Source: a virus | Strand: one strand, 5' to 3' | Length of the DNA stretch: 64,000 nucleotides | Virus record (IMG/VR): IMGVR_UViG_3300005805_000042 | Part shown: piece after piece, positions 29,640 to 38,097 of the stretch | Numbering within the stretch: position 1 is the stretch's first letter | Layout of the letters: the number at the start of each line of letters is the position of its first letter | The notes under the pieces: generated by a model | Seen by the model: the letters and a program-made list of their open reading frames with translations, nothing else | Databases searched by the model: none | Told to the model about the DNA's origin: nothing | Translations under genes and position numbers: made by a program

Positions 29640-30463
29640 AACACCCAAGAATTGATTTGGGGTTTCAAATCTTTTTGATGTTTACGATATCCCAATTTCT
29701 CAATCATCTTTTTACCCATCTCAATTCCATTGAAAACATCTTCGATTACGACATATTCGTTGGGTGTGTGGTAGTCGTAGTACCCAATAGAGAAATTAAT
29801 ACAGGAGATGTCAAATTTACCCCGTAAAGCCCATACATCTGTATAGGGGTGAACCATATACTCTAAGTCTTCACCAATACCCTCAGTTAAAATGTTATTA
29901 CAAACATCAAAGAATTCAGAATCACGGTTGAACAATTGCTGACCCCAACAATATTCAGTCACCATCCAATTTTCGGGAGCATCGAACTGAATACCATATC
30001 CAACATTTTCAAAGAACTCGGGACTAGCTTTTTTTGAACCATGACAACCCGTTTCTTCAGAAACAAAAAATGTCGCTTTCAGATTCGGTAGTTCCTCCAA
30101 TAATTCCAAACAAGCAAAAACACCCGCCTTATCATCACCACCAATTCCTGTGGGTTCTCCATGGTCGTTATATGCTTTGAGTGAAGGTCGTTGTTCTCCT
30201 TGAGCGTTAACCAAAAATTCTTCACGAATATTAATTGGACCCAGTCCATGTACGGTGTCGGTGTGGGAAATTACACAAGGGAAATACTCGATATTCTCAT
30301 CAGTTTGTTTAGTTGCATAAACATTTAGATGTTCATCCACGAAATATGGGATTTGTTTTTCCTTTAGCCACTCACAAATAAACTCGACCATCATACCCTC
30401 TCGGTATGTTGCGGTTGGAACGGATAAGACTTTCTTTAAGAATTCAATTTTACTGTGAGTCAT
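29636..30463 (-). CDS. M28/M20-family Zn peptidase
   Basis: Motifs SHTDTVH, GIGGDDKAG, FVSEETGCHGS, YHTPNEY. Confidence 0.85.
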   Translation of the reverse strand: MTHSKIEFLKKVLSVPTATYREGMMVEFICEWLKEKQIPYFVDEHLNVYATKQTDENIEYFPCVISHTDTVHGLGPINIREEFLVNAQGEQRPSLKAYNDHGEPTGIGGDDKAGVFACLELLEELPNLKATFFVSEETGCHGSKKASPEFFENVGYGIQFDAPENWMVTEYCWGQQLFNRDSEFFDVCNNILTEGIGEDLEYMVHPYTDVWALRGKFDISCINFSIGYYDYHTPNEYVVIEDVFNGIEMGKKMIEKLGYRKHQKDLKPQINSWVF

Positions 30464-31598
30464 GAGATAATATTTTACGCAAAGATAGTAAAATATTCTT
30501 TGATTCCAAAGTCAGCTCATAATTGTGGTACCAGTTGTAAAAATTCTGAGGGGATATTTTTAGTTCATCACTACTCCATCTACGAATCGGTAAATCAGAA
30601 TAACTACCGTCTGTTACCTTATTAACAAAAAGAATGAGTTTATTAGAACCTGCGTCATAGTGACTTATCGCGAATTTGATATTCTTCTGTGGTACATTGA
30701 TGGGTTTACCCGTTCCGAATTGTTTTAATATTTTTGTCAAAATTTCTGTTCTCTGAGGTGAAACTTCCTCGTTTACTTTCTCAAGCAAGTCCGTAATCAT
30801 TTGGTTAGTTTCCGAAACATACCTCGGATTTTTCTGAAATTCATTAACATCAATGTTCCATCTTTCTTCTTCCCAACCCCCAATTTTTTTTCCTCGAGTC
30901 AATCCATTCATTGCTGAATAGATACTTACCGAATCTGATTGTCCCTCTTCTTTGTTCGGATAAATTTTCATCAAATAGTATAAATTTCCAGCTGGTATAG
31001 ATACATTGAAATAATTACTATATCTCCCAACGGTTTCTATATTCACACCATAAGGTCCTAATACCTCACTCAATTGATTTGATATCAGTTTCCCCATTTT
31101 TTCGGTAAACTCCTCATTTTGATATTCATAAATGACATCTAAAATTTGATTAATTTCTCTTGGATATGATTTTAAGATTGTTTCGTTGATAGGCCTTGTA
31201 TCCGTATTTGCGGTAAAATCTTCGTTGAACTTCCGATACAACTTCAAAATCATCTGATATTCCTCACCGTTTCTATCGAAATAATCTCCAAGGAAAAAAT
31301 CATTCTCCGCCATCCTATCATCGATGATATCAGGACCTTCATACTCCATATTACCTCCATCCAAAAACCTAGATAACCACCAATAATCAAACTCGTCAAA
31401 ATTAAAAAAATCTACCAACTCGTTACCATCCATTTTGAATTTAAAAATAGATTTTACCCTATTGGAATCTACTATGATTTTGTCTACCATACTTTGAGCT
31501 AAAACATCCTCGGAAGATACTCTACCCTTAATGTAGTCGTAAACCAACTGAGGAAAATCCTTAGTACTTTCTGAAATTATTGTTCGGGACTTGGTCAT
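30450..31598 (-). CDS. Late hypothetical protein
   Basis: 382 aa; TATAAATA at 31604-31611. Confidence 0.7.
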   Translation of the reverse strand: MTKSRTIISESTKDFPQLVYDYIKGRVSSEDVLAQSMVDKIIVDSNRVKSIFKFKMDGNELVDFFNFDEFDYWWLSRFLDGGNMEYEGPDIIDDRMAENDFFLGDYFDRNGEEYQMILKLYRKFNEDFTANTDTRPINETILKSYPREINQILDVIYEYQNEEFTEKMGKLISNQLSEVLGPYGVNIETVGRYSNYFNVSIPAGNLYYLMKIYPNKEEGQSDSVSIYSAMNGLTRGKKIGGWEEERWNIDVNEFQKNPRYVSETNQMITDLLEKVNEEVSPQRTEILTKILKQFGTGKPINVPQKNIKFAISHYDAGSNKLILFVNKVTDGSYSDLPIRRWSSDELKISPQNFYNWYHNYELTLESKNILLSLRKILSHDSQ

Positions 31599-31613
31599 AT
31601 CAATATAAATACT

Positions 31614-31621
31614 TATATTTG
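31614..31621 (+). promoter_or_regulatory. Bacteroidota sigma70 -7 element upstream of tmRNA
   Basis: TATATTTG matches TAnnTTTG. Confidence 0.7.
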
Positions 31622-31639
31622 TAGAGTTCTTTGAAATAT

Positions 31640-32243
31640 GGGGGTGAACGGTATTGATTGGCAGGGTTAATCATACGGGGCATGCAGTGAGATGTTTCCT
31701 ATCACTTTAATCTATGGGAGTGCTTTTTAAGTGGCAACACTTTTGAAAAGCTTCAGGCTGTAGGTCTTCTTACAACTGAAGCAGTTACTGTAGCTTAGGC
31801 TATAATAACCGTGGGTCGATGGGGACATATACCTTGAAACAGAAGTCCTTATGGTGTGGTTTCTACCTTAAAAGGAATGGAGGTAATGTTTGGTGTTCTA
31901 CCGATTTGAGTGAACACCCCACAGTTTCTGATGACGATGGCAAAATAGGAATCAGATATTTCGGAGGGTTAAACAAACCCTGACCTAAGCATGTAGTCCT
32001 TTATGGGTAAACTGAGCAAGACGTGGGTTAAAAATCGAGCCCCTTCATATCGTGAGATATGTCGAAAATCGGATGAATTCAGGGGAAGTCTTTCGGGATT
32101 ATCCTGAGCCAAGCCTGGTAGGAACAGGAAGGTGCAGAGACTAGTGGGTGGTACACGCTTCTACCGTAATACCACATTAGCGTCCGACATCTTGAAAAAG
32201 ATGATGATATAGTCCACTTGTGTCGAATCCCACCACCTCCACC
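31640..32243 (+). ncRNA. ssrA: tmRNA, intron-containing
   Basis: Acceptor GGGGGTG/CACCTCC with G3.U70; GCATGC/AAGCATGTAG helix; tag ORF 31733-31798 GNTFEKLQAVGLLTTEAVTVA*; split T-arm GTGGGT|TCGAATCCCAC. Confidence 0.93.
32029..32222 (+). mobile_element. Group I intron (IC3-like) in the tmRNA T-loop, no ORF
   Basis: P AATTCAGGGGAA, Q ATCCTGAGCC, R GTGCAGAGACTAG, S GATATAGTCC; terminal G; IGS TCGAGCCC. Confidence 0.92.
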
Positions 32244-32397
32244 GTGGACAAATTTGAAAGGGTCTTTAATTAGACCTTTTCATTTGTTCATAAATTAGAT
32301 TTATAATTTATGTAAAATTTGATGTTAAGTTTTATTATTTTTTACTACTTGACAGATAATTATTGTCGATTATAATATTCAATATAATTTATACAAA

Positions 32398-32568
32398 ATG
32401 AAAAACATCATCGCATCTATTTTTGCTGCTGTCGTTTTAACTTCTTGTGGCGGTGAATCAACAGTTGAAGAAACTGTTATTGACACCACAACTGTTGTTA
32501 CCGAGGAGGATACCCTTGTAACTGAAGAAGTTGTTGAAACTTTAGGAGAAGAAGCTACCGCAGAGTAA
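32398..32568 (+). CDS. Small acidic lipoprotein (56 aa)
   Basis: MKNIIASIFAAVVLTSC lipobox, then an E/T/V-rich tail; not in the ORF track. Confidence 0.8.
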   Translation: MKNIIASIFAAVVLTSCGGESTVEETVIDTTTVVTEEDTLVTEEVVETLGEEATAE

Positions 32569-32590
32569 TTTACATTTCTCTTTGACGCAG

Positions 32591-32614
32591 AGGGGTCTTC
32601 GGACCCCTTTTTTT
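32591..32614 (+). terminator. Intrinsic terminator
   Basis: AGGGGTC-TTCG-GACCCCT followed by a T run. Confidence 0.85.
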
Positions 32615-32642
32615 ATCACTAATAATTTTCTATATTTTAACT

Positions 32643-33044
32643 ATGAGTAAACACGCAAATATTTGTAGTCACAATTGTTTTGGTAGGAAAGACTATGATG
32701 GTAGTTGTTGTCACATAGAAGACAGAGATTACATAATTGGACCTCACACGGACCCCGAAGAGTTTCTTGAAAGATTGTCTGATAGATTCAATAGAAAAGT
32801 AAAATTTGAAGAAATATTTTATTCATTCGAGGAAGGTTCAAGATTATTTCCTGAAAGAAGTTCTTGGCAAAATCCTAATTCGTATCCCTCGTTGAAAATC
32901 GATATGGAAAAAGAACGGAAACCATGTATATTTTATAATTCTACATTGCGTTCTTGTTCTATTTACGATATCCGACCACAGATTTGTAGAAAATATTATT
33001 GTCAGTTTTTGCACGATGTTTTACATCCTGTTGACAAAAAGTAA
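32643..33044 (+). CDS. YkgJ-like Cys-cluster (Zn/Fe-chelating) protein
   Basis: C...C.....G.CC and PCIFY....CSIYDIRPQICRKYYC. Confidence 0.8.
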   Translation: MSKHANICSHNCFGRKDYDGSCCHIEDRDYIIGPHTDPEEFLERLSDRFNRKVKFEEIFYSFEEGSRLFPERSSWQNPNSYPSLKIDMEKERKPCIFYNSTLRSCSIYDIRPQICRKYYCQFLHDVLHPVDKK

Positions 33045-33066
33045 TTTATTTATTATGGTTTCTCAC

Positions 33067-33154
33067 GGAAAAGTAGCCAAGTGGTTGTACGGCACCTGAC
33101 TTGAAATCAGACATATGGGAAACCGTATCGGGGATTCGAATCCCAGCTTTTCCG
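33067..33154 (+). tRNA. tRNA-Ser(TGA), irregular T-stem
   Basis: GGAAAAG/CTTTTCC acceptor, CT-TGA-AA loop, long variable arm. Confidence 0.75.
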
Positions 33155-33206
33155 CAGAAAAATATTTGAAAGTTTATAAATTATTTATTATATTTGTACA
33201 GACAAA

Positions 33207-33278
33207 GGGCCCATAGGTAAAGGGATATACCCTCTCACTTCTAATGAGATATTCCAGGTTCGAATCCTGGTGGGCCTA
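33207..33278 (+). tRNA. tRNA-Arg(TCT)
   Basis: Cloverleaf, TCTCA-CTTCTAA-TGAGA; TATATTTG at 33189-33196. Confidence 0.92.
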
Positions 33279-33286
33279 CAAAAGTT

Positions 33287-33463
33287 ATGAAACCAAGTCG
33301 AGAAGACATCAAAAAAACCCGATACAATGGTGTGGCCCCTGAGGGCTATACTTTGCTTCGAAATGAAGTTTTAGCAGAACTAAAAGATTTTGATAATTGG
33401 AAAGCTTGGAAAAACAACGAAATTTCCCTCTACGACCTCGATAAAAGGGATATTTCCGAGTAA
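33287..33463 (+). CDS. Small hypothetical protein (58 aa)
   Basis: MKPSREDIKK... fills the gap between tRNAs. Confidence 0.5.
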   Translation: MKPSREDIKKTRYNGVAPEGYTLLRNEVLAELKDFDNWKAWKNNEISLYDLDKRDISE

Positions 33464-33481
33464 TATCATATTTAATTAAAA

Positions 33482-33554
33482 GCCCCCATAACTCAGTTGG
33501 TAGAGTAGCGGTTTTGTAAACCGCCTGTCGTTGGTTCGAGTCCGACTGGAGGCT
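33482..33554 (+). tRNA. tRNA-Thr(TGT)
   Basis: Cloverleaf, GCGGT-TTTGTAA-ACCGC. Confidence 0.93.
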
Positions 33555-33571
33555 CTAAAACCTACCTTTCT

Positions 33572-33700
33572 ATGAATCCTGAAATTCTCAACACTACCGA
33601 TATCCTCTTCCAAAGCGGTCAAATTATTGACAAAGCTCAATGTGAGATTTATCTTTGTGAATGGGATAATATCCATGGTGATATTGTCTTGTTTGTTTAA
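33572..33700 (+). CDS. Small hypothetical protein (42 aa)
   Basis: MNPEILNTTD... lies between tRNAs. Confidence 0.4.
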   Translation: MNPEILNTTDILFQSGQIIDKAQCEIYLCEWDNIHGDIVLFV

Positions 33701-33706
33701 ATAAAA

Positions 33707-33779
33707 GCGGTAATAGCTCAGTTGGTAGAGCACGTTCCTTCCAAGTACGGGGTCGCAGGTTCGAATCCTGTTTACCGCT
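33707..33779 (+). tRNA. tRNA-Gly(TCC)
   Basis: GCGGTAA/TTACCGC acceptor, CT-TCC-AA loop. Confidence 0.92.
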
Positions 33780-33780
33780 C

Positions 33781-33983
33781 AAAGTAGACCTTCAAAAGGG
33801 CCCTTCCGTATTTATACGGCTTGTTGGGCCCGGGTCTATTTTAAAATAAACAGTACCTCGAGGCTTCCCGTAAGAACAGCTCTAAATTCTGAGGTCTTAT
33901 AGTGATACAAGTGAATAGCCCAAGGCATAAGCTACAATCACACCCCCAACCTCTCCTTAGAGGACGCTTCAAGGATGTTGGGG
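33781..33983 (+). ncRNA. Candidate structured RNA
   Basis: Nested stems AAAGTAGACC/GGTCTATTTT, GGGCCC/GGGCCC and CCCCAAC/GTTGGGG; no ORF. Confidence 0.4.
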
Positions 33984-33988
33984 TTTTA

Positions 33989-34064
33989 GCCGAAGTAGCT
34001 CAGTGGTAGAGCAGCTTTCGTAAAAGATGGTGTGACGCGATAGGTTCGATTCCTGCCTTCGGCT
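33989..34064 (+). tRNA. Atypical tRNA-Thr(CGT)-like
   Basis: Thr-type acceptor, D and T arms; distorted anticodon arm and enlarged variable region. Confidence 0.55.
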
Positions 34065-34094
34065 CTTAATTACTCAATAAACTATTTATTGATT

Positions 34095-34727
34095 ATGAAC
34101 AGTAGATTATTGAAAGAAATTTCTGAGATTAAAAAACAAATCTCTTTATTGGAAGACTATGTAAGAGTGGATGAAACAGGATTTTCATTCATTACTACCG
34201 ATGATGATGCAACCAAAACTGACAAAATCTCAAGGGCTTTGTTACAAGATATCAACACCGCCGCTAAAAGAGCTGGTGTTAAAGCGGTTATAACTACCGC
34301 CAGCTCGGGACACTCTGAAAAAACTATTAGTGGAACTCGTAGTAGACATCCCGATAATAACGCGGTTGATATTTCAAATATCAATGGAGAAGCCGCTCAG
34401 GGTGCGAGTTCCAACAATCCAGGTAACCCAAAATTCAAAAAACTTGGTGATGCTTTGGTGAATGAATTGGTTGATATGGGTTATTCTTTAAATGTCGAGA
34501 GTGGAAAAGATAAAGCCGTTTTTTGGCAAACAAATAAAGGTGGTAACCACTACAATCACATTCATGTCTCAAATATTACTGATACACCGAGTGAGGAATC
34601 AGAAACTGAAGATACCGAAACTACGACTGCCGGTGTCAGAGATGGGCAGTTTCAACAGGAAAAACCATCCTTTGATATCTCACAAACTTTAAAATCATTC
34701 CAAAAGTTTAAAGATATTTTCAAGTGA
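34095..34727 (+). CDS. Peptidase M15-like (LAS) cell-wall hydrolase, late
   Basis: SRH....AVDI and HYNHIHVS Zn motifs; TATTTAT at 34083-34089. Confidence 0.75.
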   Translation: MNSRLLKEISEIKKQISLLEDYVRVDETGFSFITTDDDATKTDKISRALLQDINTAAKRAGVKAVITTASSGHSEKTISGTRSRHPDNNAVDISNINGEAAQGASSNNPGNPKFKKLGDALVNELVDMGYSLNVESGKDKAVFWQTNKGGNHYNHIHVSNITDTPSEESETEDTETTTAGVRDGQFQQEKPSFDISQTLKSFQKFKDIFK

Positions 34728-34774
34728 TTTGTGAAAAGTGAGGGATTTGCCCTATCAAGTAAGTTTTCTGTGAC

Positions 34775-34939
34775 TTAAATCATATCAGGATTATCACCAT
34801 CATTATCCTTTATTGAATTCAATATACTTGGTAATGCAAGTGCCATCAAAGACCACCAAGGATTCTCAAAGTGGTAAACAATATATCCAATTAATAGAAT
34901 GAATGCGAGTCCCAAAACAATTATCGCTAATTCTTTCAT
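34775..34939 (-). CDS. Small membrane protein
   Basis: MKELAIIVLGLAFILLIGY..WWSLMALAL. Confidence 0.55.
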   Translation of the reverse strand: MKELAIIVLGLAFILLIGYIVYHFENPWWSLMALALPSILNSIKDNDGDNPDMI

Positions 34940-35226
34940 TGTTTCCAATCTGAAAATTTTAAACCCCACATCAAACTAATCATTGCCATTTCCCTTTCCG
35001 CAAGGTGTTTGTTGATTCTAAGATTTTTTCTTATAAATTCAGTACCCCACAACTGCCATTCATCATTTTGAGCTTTGGTCATTTCCCATTCCTGATACCA
35101 AGAATCTTTTCTGTCTTTAATATCCTCGTAAGAAATATTATGACCTGCAATATAAAACATTTTGTTGATTAGTTCTTCAACAACTTTCTGATTTTTTTCC
35201 TGTTTTGATAATCGCTTCTTTGTCAT
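34936..35226 (-). CDS. Hypothetical protein
   Basis: 96 aa, translationally coupled to its neighbour. Confidence 0.7.
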   Translation of the reverse strand: MTKKRLSKQEKNQKVVEELINKMFYIAGHNISYEDIKDRKDSWYQEWEMTKAQNDEWQLWGTEFIRKNLRINKHLAEREMAMISLMWGLKFSDWKQ

Positions 35227-35816
35227 TACATTAAAAATTTTATAATTTTATCCTTTATACCTGATTGCTTTATACCTTCCCAAGACCTGGGTGTTTGAAC
35301 AAAATTACTTAGTCCTGGTTTGTTATCTGAACCATCTTTGTCAGAAAATTGAGCACCCAAAAAATCTATAGACATATCCAAATCATCAACCGCAACCCAA
35401 TGAGTAATCTCAGGATGAGATTCCAACCAATGTTGAATTTCCATGAATCTCTCTAATTCCAAATCAGCCCTGAATCTTAGTTTAGCCCATTCAGATGGAA
35501 ATAAATCTTTAAACATTCCTGTGGTATCTATTGGTCTTTTAATAACACCCTGTGATAAGTAATAATCTCCAAGTTCCTCAATCGTTGCGTGAAACCTCCA
35601 ATCTGAACTCACCACATATTCTGCGCCTGTTTTCTCAAGAATTTTGTTGAAAACCTTAATCGCTTTTGGGTCGAAGTTATCAAATCGAACATATACAGGT
35701 AAGTCATTTGCTGATGTACCCATAGTTCTACCCTCTTTGATTTGTTTCTTCCTACGAGAACCCCAGTTCTCTGCCAAACAGATTACACCATCATTATCTA
35801 AGAATATTACTTTCAT
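35226..35816 (-). CDS. HAD-family protein (RNA-repair-associated HAD type)
   Basis: MKVIFLDNDGV, VVSSDWR, WVAVDDLD. Confidence 0.85.
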   Translation of the reverse strand: MKVIFLDNDGVICLAENWGSRRKKQIKEGRTMGTSANDLPVYVRFDNFDPKAIKVFNKILEKTGAEYVVSSDWRFHATIEELGDYYLSQGVIKRPIDTTGMFKDLFPSEWAKLRFRADLELERFMEIQHWLESHPEITHWVAVDDLDMSIDFLGAQFSDKDGSDNKPGLSNFVQTPRSWEGIKQSGIKDKIIKFLM

Positions 35817-35976
35817 CTTGAATTGATTTGTAGTGAGATTCGTAATATGTGAGTGGCATCAAATGTCCCTTTTGACCTGATATTGCTTCTTTGAGCGTTG
35901 GATAATTGAACACTTGGTCATTGGAAACAACGACCCAATTTTTTTGGTTGGCTAAGCTTGGTCTAGTTAAATACAT
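35794..35976 (-). CDS. Hypothetical protein
   Basis: 60-aa ORF; TATCTTTG-type element just upstream. Confidence 0.5.
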   Translation of the reverse strand: MYLTRPSLANQKNWVVVSNDQVFNYPTLKEAISGQKGHLMPLTYYESHYKSIQDESNILR

Positions 35977-36118
35977 AATACATCAAAGATACAACAAAAA
36001 TTACTACCATACTAATAAAGGCGATTTTATATCCTCCTTGAATTTTATGTTTTGACCTACCTTGCCAATCCTCGGGGTTCCAAGATTCTTTCCAATTGTC
36101 AGAATATTTGTTTCTCAT
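35963..36118 (-). CDS. Small membrane protein (51 aa)
   Basis: MRNKYSDNWKESWNPEDWQGR.. followed by a hydrophobic C-terminus. Confidence 0.5.
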   Translation of the reverse strand: MRNKYSDNWKESWNPEDWQGRSKHKIQGGYKIAFISMVVIFVVSLMYYVFN

Positions 36119-36146
36119 ATTTTTTTTTTGTTATTACAGAATGACT

Positions 36147-36214
36147 TGTTACCCGACGGGGAATCGAACCCCTGAGTGAAAACCAGGTGCTCTATCCATT
36201 TGAGCTAATATCCC
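36147..36214 (-). pseudogene. Chimeric/deleted tRNA (TTC anticodon arm)
   Basis: D arm, CCTGG-TTTTCAC-TCAGG and T loop present; no variable region and non-pairing acceptor strands. Confidence 0.6.
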
Positions 36215-36257
36215 TATTTCTTATTACAAATATAGAATAATAACATAAAAAACCAAA

Positions 36258-37040
36258 TTATTTTTCGATTCTTTTATTGAATGTGAAAACAGGATTTTGA
36301 CAAAATCTTTGGTCGGTGACATAACATCGGTCTAAACCCATGATAATGTTGACATCATTTTCTAATGAAATTAATGGATGTAAGTCTTTTATCATTCCAT
36401 GGAGTGAAACATGTTCCATCCAAAAATAAGCCAAAAAAGTTTTGATATATTTTTTTGGGACAACATTAAAAACATTTCCAGTTACCCTATTGTATGTATT
36501 CCAAAACCAAAACTCGCTTCCCAATGATTCAACCATACTTTCTTTTTCATCCGTGTAAAAACGAAAATCAGTCTCCGCCCACAAAAAGTTCATTTTGTTT
36601 TCGTTAATATTCAATTTTGAGATTGGGAGTTTGAATTGAGTGTCCGCCCTAACAAATACATACAAATCATATTCGGGAATTTCATCGTGTAATTTAAGAA
36701 ATCTTCCACCACTTCTGAAATTTCCAGGACCCCATTGCATGGGTACTTTTAGTTGGTATAATTTACCAAGAAACTTTAAATCTTGATTAGAGATTTCATC
36801 GTAATCCAAATCAATTGCATAATATTCCTCTTTAAATTGTTGAAAATATTTGTGTTTGTTTGTTACCAAAGCGGTGTCAATCTTATAACCTAAGCTCCTA
36901 AGAGGTTTGTAAATCATTTTCTGATGATTCGGACGATTGTCCCTCATGTCAACAGAATAGGTATAAGAACCACTATAATCCAAAACCTTTTCGGAATATC
37001 CATTTCCGATATAGATTACTAAACAAGTTTTATTGAACAT
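36258..37040 (-). CDS. Hypothetical protein, possibly glycosyltransferase-like
   Basis: 260 aa; YDLYVFVRADTQF segment. Confidence 0.6.
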   Translation of the reverse strand: MFNKTCLVIYIGNGYSEKVLDYSGSYTYSVDMRDNRPNHQKMIYKPLRSLGYKIDTALVTNKHKYFQQFKEEYYAIDLDYDEISNQDLKFLGKLYQLKVPMQWGPGNFRSGGRFLKLHDEIPEYDLYVFVRADTQFKLPISKLNINENKMNFLWAETDFRFYTDEKESMVESLGSEFWFWNTYNRVTGNVFNVVPKKYIKTFLAYFWMEHVSLHGMIKDLHPLISLENDVNIIMGLDRCYVTDQRFCQNPVFTFNKRIEK

Positions 37041-37079
37041 ACTTGCAGTAAAATAGTTATTTCTGCGGTAAAGTAATTA

Positions 37080-38024
37080 TTATCCCGCATCATTAACCAT
37101 ATCATCTTCGCTTATCGGAAATTCTACTTCCATCGGAAATCCCCGCCCTTCAAGTCCTACCGCTCGGGCAATTGAAGCTTCTTCTTCAAAAGATTCTACC
37201 TTTTTACGGTTTTTATAAAGGGAATGAGAAGTTAACCACGCTTGTTCATTAAGTTGCCGATTCGTGAAAAAATCTTTTTCAAACAAGATATTTTTAACCA
37301 CATCCAAAATTGAGTTAGGTAATTCAGACATCATGGAATCGATTCTATCGTCATTCATATTCCAAAAACTTAGCTCTGTTCCTATTTCTTGGTTAATTCT
37401 ATAGTAAACCGCAACTTTTTTTCCATCAATCTTATTGATACAATATACAAGTTTTCCATCCTCTGTGTAACTGAAGAAATGACTATGATAGTTTTCAGAG
37501 GCGGTACACCATTTGGTACCGTATCCGTATTTTTGAGAAGCCTCGGCGGTGAATGGTCGAACAATTAGCCATTCATTATCTTCATAATCTTTGAGAACTT
37601 GCTTTTGAAGTTTTTTTGAAATGTTCTTAAGTTTAATCAAACTTATTAACTGATGGATTTCCGAAATGTCATTGACTTGTGTGACATCCACACCAGGTAA
37701 TTGCTTGTTTTCGGTAGCCTCGATGAAATTTAACATCGTTTTAATCAAGTCAGAATCAAAACACCCTAAAAAGTGATAAATCAAAGGGATTTGTTCGTCA
37801 GAAAGATTGTTCAAAGGAACATTATAGCCTTCACGCAACTCAATATGAAGTTCATTCATATGATTGGTTTTCAAATTTCTCTTGCTGTAATTTTTGGTGA
37901 ATAATTTGACCATCAAAGGGGTGTACTTGTTGGTTTTACTCGGGTCAAGTAACATAATTAAATCCAACAAGTTCATTTTCATAAAATCTGGTGCTTGTTC
38001 CGCAATGTCAGCTCGTTTTGCCAT
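37080..38024 (-). CDS. Conserved phage hypothetical protein
   Basis: WLIVRP.T.EAS.KYG.GTKWCTAS motif. Confidence 0.75.
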   Translation of the reverse strand: MAKRADIAEQAPDFMKMNLLDLIMLLDPSKTNKYTPLMVKLFTKNYSKRNLKTNHMNELHIELREGYNVPLNNLSDEQIPLIYHFLGCFDSDLIKTMLNFIEATENKQLPGVDVTQVNDISEIHQLISLIKLKNISKKLQKQVLKDYEDNEWLIVRPFTAEASQKYGYGTKWCTASENYHSHFFSYTEDGKLVYCINKIDGKKVAVYYRINQEIGTELSFWNMNDDRIDSMMSELPNSILDVVKNILFEKDFFTNRQLNEQAWLTSHSLYKNRKKVESFEEEASIARAVGLEGRGFPMEVEFPISEDDMVNDAG

Positions 38025-38097
38025 AATCAAATAATTTATTTAAAAATAAGAAAGAAACAACTTACAATCAAAGAGTATTTATAAAAATAACACAATT

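Noticed and set aside
33476-33733. 85-aa minus-strand ORF
   Set aside because: It is the antisense of tRNA-Thr and tRNA-Gly; the translation reflects tRNA sequence.
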